From contig JBEWZL010000243.1 of assembly GCA_045837725.1 (NCBI GenBank), positions 62,001 to 126,000 of the forward strand: DNA of 64,000 bases, written 5' to 3'. The notes beneath the pieces were generated by a model. That model was not told where the DNA came from. It saw only the letters and a list, made by a program, of their open reading frames with translations, and made no database searches. The stretch is from Vermamoeba vermiformis. Lineage: Eukaryota. The position numbers were made by a program, and so were the translations under genes. How positions within the stretch are numbered: position 1 is the stretch's first letter; every line of letters starts with the position of its first letter. Below, in pieces: positions 51,632-61,386 of the stretch.

Positions 51632-53318
51632 ATGAACCTCTTAGAGCTCCACAAAGAAAATCTTCGCGACATCTGGAGCTACATCACCGAAGTGAAGGAT
51701 ATTATTTGGTAAAATTGCTATATAAATTTAAAATAATTTTTTGTTGATATTTGTTATGTAATAATGCCCTAAAGGTATTTGAAGAGTTGGGAATTTAAAT
51801 CTGATCTATTTTTTTCCAGCTTTGCCTCTACGTGCAAATACATCGGTTCCCTGGCATTTGATATGCCAAGAGACCTATTGATGCCTCAATTAGCACCAAT
51901 AGAAGTCTGGAAAAATATTTTCTTACGAGATTTGCGACACTTAAAATCTTTTGGTATGAACCTAATCGTAGACCAGAAAAATAGCGAGTATATCGAGGGT
52001 GTACTTGACTTAATAACATCCATGACTCATTGTCGCAATTTGAAATCACTTTTGTGGGTAGTTAACAGCGACGAGCAAGATGCGAATCTCGTTCCAAAAT
52101 ACAAAAAAATGAATGAGATCGTTCGACAAATGACTTGGCTCGAATTTTTAGATGCCGGGTTTCTTTTAGACTATAATATTGGCGAATTACTCAAAAATCA
52201 TGCGAATTTGACTACATTGGTCGTCCGCTACAAAAATAAAGGTAAAATGACCGTTAATTTTAACGATAATATTAATTTTATTATTAGATGGTGTTGGATA
52301 TGAAAAATTAACGCAAATTAAGTCGCTTACAGTGTCTAGTAGTGCTCGCGATGATGTTTTTAGACAAGTTTTGGAATTGGATAATTTAACTGACTTGGAT
52401 CTGTCTTATACCTTGATTTCAAATCAAACAGCTAACCAAATATGGAAATTGACTAATTTGGAAACACTGAATATGACGGAACTCGATCATATTGATTTTG
52501 ATTGGCGCGTACTGCTCAAATTGCCGAAATTGAAATCATTTACTTTTCCAACGAATGATATGAATCCAGGACCATATACAGAGCAACAATATGAAATACT
52601 AAATAGCCTCACTCAATTAACGCATTTGGATATTTCTGGCGGAGAACTCGATTACGATGCGCGATCCAAAAATATTTCTAATTTGACGAATTTAAGGCAA
52701 TTAAGAGTGGTATTAAGCTCGCCGTACGAAGATTTATCGATATTTCCATATATAACGACACTATTCGTCTCAGTTGGAGCTAGTTCGCAAACTAAGCGCA
52801 TCCGATTTCCAAGAGGTCTTAAATCGCTTAATATGTCAATAATTTCATCAAGCGAAGAAATTTGGGAAGATTTGGAGAATATGACGAGCTTGCAGCACTT
52901 ACAAATCTACGATGATTTGCAAGAATCAAAACCGATTCCAGATTTGAACATTTCTTGTTTGACGAACCTTCAGTCCTATCAAGGACGACTATCCACAAGT
53001 AAGTACACAACTAATGTTCATTAGGTTAAACGCTCATCTCAAGCTCAGAGATTAAATTTTGTTGCGAATCTGAATTTTAGTCGTTTTGGACTTGAACGTT
53101 CTAACGAATTTGTTTGAGTAGGCATTGCGAACCAAATGACTGCCTTACCACATTTACGTACTTTGGCGTTGAATTACTCGCCAGACTGGGACATTGAAGC
53201 GTTACAACGACTAACGCAGGTGTGTCGACTATTTATCGTTTATATGCCACGCGATCACGGGGAACAAGTCAAAGCACTCAAACAGAAATTACCTTATGAG
53301 GTAATAAACCCATATTAA
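51632..53318 (+). CDS. LRR protein with degenerate N-terminal F-box, multi-exon
   Basis: MNLLELHKENLRDIWSYITEVKDII..FASTCKY; LRRs LDNLTDLDLSYT, LTNLETLNMT, LTQLTHLDISG, LTNLRQLRV. Confidence 0.75.
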
Positions 53319-53363
53319 AGAGGCTATGGATTGGAACCGAAAAAAAAGGCTCGATCGAGTCAA

Positions 53364-53726
53364 TTCGACCAAGTAGATACATCCACTAGGGACATTGACA
53401 TTGTCAATGGTTCTTTGATTAGAGCTGCTTTCAGTTGTTGGCTGAGAACAGGACTTCAACTAGCGCCACTGCTGGCTCGCCGATTGATTAGCGGATTGGT
53501 TAGCAGTCTCAGTGATTGGGCGGCAATCGAGAGCAGTAGGATCTGCAGCAGGCTCGATGGTTGGTGTACTAATTGACAGGCTCAGCAACTGGTTCGCTGA
53601 TTGGTTCAATGCACATTCCATCGGCCCGAACCATTCGCCTGTCAATTAGTTGCGGAAAGCCACATGAAGAACCTGACAACTGGAATCCATTCCAGCACCG
53701 GCAACAGCACCATAGAATGAGGTCGG
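53364..53726 (+). ncRNA. Candidate structured non-coding RNA between two convergent genes
   Basis: GC-richer than other spacers; perfect 14-bp stem 53568-53581/53637-53650, several further helices with G-U pairs on +, and closing stem TCGACC/GGTCGG. Confidence 0.4.
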
Positions 53727-53806
53727 TTTCGTAAAGCTATTTACAATGTATTCCAACAGAAAGAATGTACAAGAAAGAGCGCTTAATAACCACCGCATTA
53801 CCGAAA

Positions 53807-55088
53807 TTAGTAGCGCGGGATCACCTTCTCGATCGGCACTCGGCAGAACGGACAAGAGTTATTATTTTTGCTCTTGACCAATGTCTCGCAGCTATTGCAG
53901 ACACTATGACCGCACGGGACAATCGTCCTAAAAAAAGAGATAAGCAACGACAGGCAAAAGGGAAGGCAAAAAAATTTGTCGACACCGGCAGGATTCGAAC
54001 CTGCGCGGGCAGAGCCCAGAGGATTTCTAGTCCGCCGCCTTAACCACTCGGCCACGGTGTCTTGTTGTGTCGGATTTTCGAGGGGTGCAAGTACCCAGCC
54101 GATACGAGGACTCTCGCATGCACGAGGATCTTGTTATTTGCTTACCTGTTAAGTCTGTTATCGAAGCAAATCGAGCACACGCGATCCTCAATCATTCTCG
54201 AAGCGTTCTCTCGCAAGTGCTTGTTTTCCTTGCGCAGCTCACTCAAGCGATCTTCAAAGCATTGCTTCAGGATGGTCAGCTGTCGCTCCAACTTCTCTTG
54301 GCCATCCTTGTTTTTGGTGTTTTTCATATTCAGAACCAATTCCATCATCTCCCAAATCTAGAAACGCGAGTTGTCGATTCAATTCAAGTTCCCAGTCAAA
54401 AAGTCGCAAAATGCACACTTACGTTTCGCTCTAACGACTCGATTCGCTCGCGTACTTGTTGGTTCTCGTCATTTAATACTTGGTTTTCCTTCCAGAGCTT
54501 CTTGTTCTCGGCCAGCAGTTGTTGACCTTCGAGCACGAGACGATCGATCTGGAAAAAGGGTTAAAATTAGCACGTATAATTATATTTTCACTCATACCTC
54601 GTCTGTCTTCCTCTTCCAGAACCATATTACGAAGCCAATTATTGTCACTACGCCTGCAAAAAATTTTGATTAAGATCGAGACAAAATCAAAACTGAGATT
54701 ATTTGTATTAATTATGACAATAAGGGGCGTCAATGATCCAATCAGAGTGCATATTAATTTAATTTTGAGACCCGAAGATTTCCTTCAATCGTGAAATTGA
54801 AATTTTGAGTTTGCCCGTTAAAACTTCAGATTATTTCAAAAAATGAATTAGACTGCTATATTTACCTGCTCCAATAAGCAAAATCTTAGTAAATATTCCA
54901 TAGCCACGAGCGCCCTGCACTACGACAGGCGCGTCGTCTCTGAAAATTGATTTGACCGCTGAACTCAAATGATTCAGCACTTGAGTTGCCAAAGGCTTCT
55001 CGACTGTTGGAACAGTAACACGTCTATTAAGGACATCTGTTTTGGATGCCATTAATACACGCGCGGTCATATCTTCCATGCTCTCCAT
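53807..55088 (-). CDS. Membrane-anchored coiled-coil C3HC4 RING E3 ligase (5 exons)
   Basis: TM GIFTKILLIGA|GVVTIIGFVIWFWKRK, coiled coil, RING CSICFDNRLN|RTIVPCGHSVCNSCETLVKSKNNNSCPFCRVPI. Confidence 0.85.
53980..54061 (-). tRNA. tRNA-Ser-AGA: tRNA-Ser (anticodon AGA), inside an intron of the RING gene
   Basis: GACACCG-TGGCCGAGTGGTTAAGGCG-GCGGA-CTAGAAA-TCCTC-long variable arm-GCAGG-TTCGAAT-CCTGC-CGGTGTC-G; intact A/B boxes; T7 terminator 5 nt downstream. Confidence 0.95.
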
Positions 55089-55485
55089 TTTGCAGTTGTT
55101 CAATCAGCCGATTCGAATCTACCCGAGCAATCGTAACTCTGCCTTTGGCGCGTTATGTATTAAAAATATAAGATTGCTTTCGTGTGCTTCGTGGCTGCCG
55201 ATTTTGTTTTTTTGGAAACACGCTGCCGCACAAATTTTTCTTTTGCACGAAGAAAACTCGCACCACCGCTTTCAATCAGTGGCCGTAAGTCACGTGTTAC
55301 CTCTATATTTGTACAAACCACATGTAGTTCTGAAAAACTGCCAAATATACTTGACGTTTCACCATTCTCTGCGAATCCAGAATTTGGCTTTGTGACCTGG
55401 CGACACCAGAGCATTAGCAGGTACCGCCATTTTTACAGTACGCTAAGCTCGACACCTTCTTCATTATTTCCGAATGAACATTTAT

Positions 55486-56706
55486 TTACAAGTCGTCCCA
55501 AGGATGTCTTCCGCCGAACGGATTGCTTGGATCGAATGGTTCCTTTTTTCCTCCATTATGCCCTGTCTTTCCCGTAATTTCCTCTGATTGCTCATCTTTA
55601 TCTAGACTTTGCTCTACTTCTTTGATAAATTCCAAGATTTGCCTCGAGCCCAACACAGCCGTGTTATTTTCAATAGCTTTCAAAGCCTTCTGTACATCCA
55701 CACTCTTCTCACGCAATTTTTCTTCGCTGACTGGTTGCACGAGACCTTCTACCATGCCAATGCACCGCTTGGTCACCGCAGACTCCCAATCGTTCGTAGG
55801 CTGTTTGTCCATTAATAGCACGGGTGCCCCGCACATGCCCATCACTGACGGAGTCTCAGTCTGAATGAAATATTTGTCGCGCGCAGCTGAAGTAACTTGT
55901 CCTAGTTGCACTGCTGGCACTAGCACCTCATCGTGGTTGCTGTTTTGTGTGAAATCATTTCCGATCATGCAAACACTCTGGTATTAATAAGAACAGTTAA
56001 TAATAGAGTTATATAGTGGTTATATCGTACTTCGTCAGGCGTTACGTCGGTATCTTCCTCGACAAACTCAACTTCATCAATTGTCAGATCGTGTTTGTCG
56101 TTCATTACAGCAAGGAATGCCTCTTCGTCGCGCAGGTGCAAGATTACTAAGTCATTATTAGGTGCCGGGTACGTCTTACTTTCGACTTCAAATTGATCGA
56201 GCACTCGTCCTGTCTCTAGCTACGGATTAATTAGTACACGTGCACGCGAGATCTTTCTCGACACGTGCTAAACGCTTGAAGTTATAAATATTTACCTCTC
56301 TAAATTGAATAAAATGCTTTGTATGTTTTTCTTTAACGAAGCTTAGCCACGAGAATTGTTCTGGGTACAGGCTAGCAGGAAAAATAAAAATTAATTTTAG
56401 AATTTATTTAATATTGGTTTTAGCCTTACTGCGGGAAATTAAAGGGATGTGTAACGTGGGAAGTTGATAACAAATGATATTGTTTTTTTGGGTGACTAGA
56501 TCTGACAAAAAATACGCTAGATCTTGATAAGACTTCATATTCCTTCATGCCCTGTAATAAAATATGAATATTTATATTTTATTGAATTAAGTCAGGTTGA
56601 ACGGCGTACGCACCTGCTCCGGAATCCGAAACATGGATGTCAGGGCCAAGGCTTTACGCAGGACTTTTCCTGCATAAATGAAGCCTTTTCTTTTTACCAC
56701 ACTCAT
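55486..56706 (-). CDS. Chymotrypsin-fold (PA clan) peptidase-like protein with Cys at the nucleophile position (5 exons)
   Basis: LLSTSHV (His), NDLVILHL (Asp), GMCGAPVL (Cys in place of GxSGxP), followed by CIGMVEG. Confidence 0.65.
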
Positions 56707-56942
56707 TGTGGTTAATGCACGGGTACTATTGTTTAAAGGATACACGGCTCAAGTTCAAAAAAAAAAAAGAGCGCCACGTGACTCGGCGCGTTGACAATAC
56801 GACGGCGCTGAATAAGTATCCAATGGTGTTGATAGGTGATTTATGTATAAGGTGTTAACTAATTACAAAATTTAACAAGAAGCGACCTCAAAGTATTAAA
56901 CAGCGTTGATCTCGATTGAATTCAACTAACGGCGTATCTCTC

Positions 56943-58287
56943 TTACAAAGATTGACTGCCTTGAGATGATTGTCGCGAATATTCAACGTACTCTTGCGCA
57001 CGTTGTTTGTCTTGTTCGCTCGGTTGCACGCGTTCTACATTCTCTGATCTGGGTGCGCGTGTCAGGACTTGAACATTCTTCGCGACAGGACCTATAATTC
57101 GACGTAAATAATCGACGTTACAATGCGTATCATATTTATGAGGACTTTTCATAGGAAAAGCGTGAGTAGACAAGCTGAAAAAGAAGCGTACCTTTCGATT
57201 TCTCTTCAATATCGTATTCAATAACGTCTCCTTCAAATAACGGCCTGAATTTCTCCGACTCAGGTACGCCTATATAATTGGGTTATTAATAATCTGAGCG
57301 GTTGCATATTTGAGCTCGAGCAACGGCTGTGGATCGATTTAATGGTCGGATCTACGTTATTACGTACCGTTTAATTGTAAAAATACATCGTCTCCTTCTT
57401 CTGAAACGCGAGTAATAAAGCCAAAGCCCTTCTCTTCGTTAAACCATTTAATTTTACCTGCGATGAAAATAGATCAGACAGATCCCAAGCGGTAAGTTCG
57501 TATGAACTGTAATAACATGCTACTTTCGACGTCGTGCTATAATTAAAGCACTTTACTGCAAAATTAGATGAAATTTAAAAATAATTAGCTCGCTTGGCAT
57601 TAGTGGTACCACCGCGGGCATAGCAAGAGGTTGATTTTAAAATGTTTAGTAAATGAACTCACGAAAATAATATAATTTAAATTGTAAAGTAAATTCAGGT
57701 TCAATTACTACGCGGTGGTGTGTCGCGATCTGCCGCGCTAGATGACACAAAAAATAAAATTGTAGCTGAGCGTTAGTGCTTCAAAAAGCATGTGGCTGTA
57801 TTACCAAATATTAAATTTGTAAAAAGAATAATTAGCGGTAAGATCCACGAAAGTGTCATCTCTGTGCTCTGAAGTTACAAGCAGTGTAAACTTACCCTTG
57901 TGCAGGTCTCTGAATTGTGTAAATAGTGTGAAGCCTACTGCGCTTGCAGTTGTTCCTAGAAAGCAGGTTACAATTAGCTATTTTCTATGTTAAGATGCTG
58001 AACTCAATCCGATCCAGAACTAGCTGCTTACCTCTGTTTGCTTGAACTTGGTTACGTGGCGCATTGCCTCCAAATAGGCGCTTTGAAGCAGCTTTTCCTT
58101 CAGTGATTAGTGTTCGCCACATTGTGCAGAAAGGGAAATGGTGCGTTTGCCCAATTTTCTAATTTGGCCGTTCGTGAACTGAGCAAGTGACGATGCAATC
58201 ACTAGCCATCGTACCGCGTAACAGCCCTTCGGCAAGACAATGGATAAAATTAGGCAGAAAAGTTAACTCCACGACCAGAGTCTGCAT
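56943..58287 (-). CDS. Cold-shock domain protein with N-terminal extension (5' exon structure uncertain)
   Basis: [67 protein letters not shown]. The basic, acid-poor N-terminal segment could be a mitochondrial presequence. Confidence 0.75.
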
Positions 58288-58442
58288 AAAGAAACTCTAG
58301 TTTCTCCGGATGCGGTTGGATCTCTTAAGAATGGTCGTCAACGCGTGCTGTTTTGGATAACTTACGTCATTAATACGTTGTTAATTCCTTTCTGGTCAAG
58401 ATAATAGCTCGTCGCTCAATTTTTTGTAAGCATTTAGACAAA

Positions 58443-59597
58443 ATGGTGAAGATCAAAGTCACAGAACGGATTGCTCAATTTATTGACGAGGCAATCACTT
58501 CGAAGAGTATCGGTTCGGACCTAGACACTTTGCGTACAAGCAAAGAAGAAGGAGGAATTGAGATCGCCGTCCTAGATCGTGTTTGCAAGAAATGGCGAGA
58601 GAAAAATCCTACAAAAAAAATATGGTTACACGAGCTTACTAAAGGATCTGAGGCGTATTTTCCTCCTAAAGTTGCTCCAGTCAGGGTAAGCTTAATTTCA
58701 AATATTAATTATTCATTTTCTCCGGAAAGTTATCTATTGGTATTTGTGAATATGATATCCACACAATAATATTAAATATTTTTAATATATTGGGTAATAA
58801 TTGAATCTTCTTCCGAAAGCTCCTTTTTTCCGATCGGATCTGACACTCCTTTCTACTAGAACCCAGAGCTCGAGAAACGTCTTCAAGCAATTAAACACGA
58901 AGTAGACAATCGCAGATATTATAAATACGTATCAGACGTGTCCTACGTACAGGTAAGTACTCGACCCAGATGCAGTAATCTTTACTAATTAACCGTCGTA
59001 GAAAATGGAGACCTACAGAGATACCGCAGAATTACGCACATTCAAATCGCAAGCATCGATTGGTGTCAATATCATTTTTACTGTCATCAGTTTCTTCGTC
59101 GCAGGATTTTTTGCTGTCAAATATTACACGGGCAACACCTTCTTTGTAAGGACTTACTTGAGTCTATATATGGATTATACTAACTTAGTACGATGTAGGC
59201 AGTTATTGTAGGTCTATTCTGCGGTGTTGGAGGTTTGGTCTTGGATTCGTTCCTGTTCATTTTGCGTGGCTCGCGTGTCGATTCGTCAATCGATAAACGC
59301 GATCAAAAAGAAAAGAAAGGATTCAGTCCATTTGCAGATCCAACTGACCAATTGGATGCGAGCTCTAGACTTCGTGGTGTTGATATTGATGAGCTACTTA
59401 GAAAGGCTAAGGAGTCCAAAGACGGAGTTGTAGTGATGGACAATTACCAAGAACAAACGCAAGAAGAAAAGATTGAGAAGAAAGGCACTAACGACAATAC
59501 TAAGGCCACTAAAGACAATAAGGAGAAGAAGGCTCAAGCGAGTCCTCAAGCCAAGAACAAGAAGGAAAAGAGCTCGGGCAAGCTCAAGACTGCTTAA
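58443..59597 (+). CDS. TMEM199: V-ATPase assembly factor TMEM199/Vma12 (4 exons)
   Basis: WLHELTKGSEAYFPP..R|NPELEKRLQAIK..YYKYV, two TMs (VNIIFTVISFFVAGF; VGLFCGVGGLVLDSFLFI), C-terminal KLKTA ER-retrieval-type motif. Confidence 0.8.
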
Positions 59598-59935
59598 GCT
59601 CGATTTCAGGTTGCTTTCATCTTTCCTTGGTCGTAAATACTGTAAATATAAGTATACTTCGTAATTAAAAGCATTGGTGCTGTAGATCCGCCGCATCCAG
59701 AATTCCTGATCAAGCGCGATCTTCCGATCGTGTTTGTAACGAAACTTCATTATCCCTCGTTGCTACTTTGCCAATAGATATTATTGGCATCGGCATACGA
59801 ACACGTACGAATGACTACTGACTTATCGACGAAATTCGCGCCTAAATTAATCGGTGAATGAAAAACGGTAACAAAAAAAATGTATGGCAATTATTGATAT
59901 ACTATCACTTATTAATACCACAAAGCATTATAACT

Positions 59936-61110
59936 ATGTCAGAAGCTCCTAAGCAAACGGTTAAATACGGCATTGTTACTGATATGCCAGAATCTTTTGC
60001 CAGATTGATGAAAGCTCAAGGAATGGAAGCTCACGCCGAGCTTATTTTCTACGGACTTGTAGTTAGTGTCACTCTCGCCTTGGCTGGCCTCGTATTTTGG
60101 GCATTGAACAGAAAGCGCAAGGCCACTCGACCTGTTCCTAGCGCGTTTGATGATTTCCAAAGAGCCGTTACATCTTCTGTCGATGAAGTTCCCAGTAAGT
60201 AACAGCTACAAGAAGTAGTCCTATATTTTTAACTAATATTTTGGCAATTTATAATTTATTCTGAAGTTATCTCAGCGAATATTGAATTTTGACAAAATAA
60301 TTCACAGATTTGCAAACAAGTGTTGGATCCACTGCTGTTTTCGATGTTGTCGAAACCGAAGTTAAGACCAACGGTCATGTCGTCAAGAGAGAGGTCGTTG
60401 GCACCGTGACTACCGTTAAGTCTGAGCCCAAGACACCCACGTAAGTCCGATTATTGTTTATTAACTACTGAAATTACCGTCGCATACAAAAATGACGAGC
60501 GAATATTCTTATATACACGCGCTAATACCCGTTACTTAGTAAACGTGGCATTAACTTGAATAATCTCGAGATTACTATGCGAGATACTCGATCTCCCGAT
60601 GTCAGGTAATTAGCTAAACCAATATCTATCCCCATATTGCAACGTCTGTTTCTGCTCGCTAGCATCAAATGGACTCAATTCCCGAAAATAGCATCATGTA
60701 AATAGTTTTTTAATTAAAAGATCTGTCTACAAATGTACTCGAGTCTTGCTTTGTCTGGTATACTGCTTCTGTGTGCTCACGAAGATAGTATAATCGGACG
60801 AAGTGAGCCTCGAGACCTTTGCCAAGCGCAGATCTCAGTTAGTTTTAACTTAATTTAAACTAATTCGTTAGCAACCCGCAATTACACCGGATACTAACAT
60901 TGCGTTTGTATTTTAGCAGCTCCACTCGCTCTCGTAAGGCTCCTACTTTGTTCTCCCCGACTGGCGACTACATTTTGACTCCCAAGTCACCCGGTGTAAG
61001 TACATCCCTTACTGCTTACTTCTAAAACTTTACAATGAATTGATATTAATCTTATTTTTGTATTACAGAGACGAAAGTCACGCAAGTCTCTTGGCGAAGG
61101 CAAGAACTAA
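59936..61110 (+). CDS. Single-pass membrane protein with basic, S/T-P-rich tail (5 exons)
   Basis: TM LIFYGLVVSVTLALAGLVFWAL followed by RKRK; later exons KSEPKTPT, FSPTGDYILTPKSPG|RRKSRKSLGEGKN*. Confidence 0.65.
60738..60814 (+). ncRNA. Intronic pre-miRNA-like long hairpin
   Basis: About 34 bp imperfect stem with 4-nt loop (TGCT) and multiple G-U pairs on the sense strand, in intron 60606-60916. Confidence 0.45.
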
Positions 61111-61386
61111 ACGCTGTACAGCCGGATCTTTTATTTTTTTCAAGTCAATTCCTTGACGCGAGTTGTTTATATATCTATAAGAAAATATATAGCGCTTGTA
61201 TTGTAATAATACTATTTATAAATCGATTTTAACTAAACGAACGAACGTGGATCCAAAACAAAAAGAAAAAATCACGTGTCAGGTCAAGAGCAGCAAAATT
61301 CGCTCGTTTATTGAGAAATATCTAAATTTTACTAAACGTGGCAACGAAGCATTAATGACTGATATAGAGCAGCTGTAGATTTTCAA

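Noticed and set aside
53541-53660. Group I intron-like P (GTTGCGGAAAG) and Q (ATCTGCAGC) words
   Set aside because: They are in the wrong order and no R/S elements were seen; simpler to treat as one helix of the structured element.
53807-54055. ORF MAEWLRRRTRNPLGSARAGSNPAG... as a stand-alone protein
   Set aside because: Its first half is the translated tRNA-Ser and intron; only the last exon is coding.
55160-55450. Short ORFs on both strands between the RING and protease genes
   Set aside because: No recognisable motifs, splice pattern or fold; likely UTR or promoter sequence.
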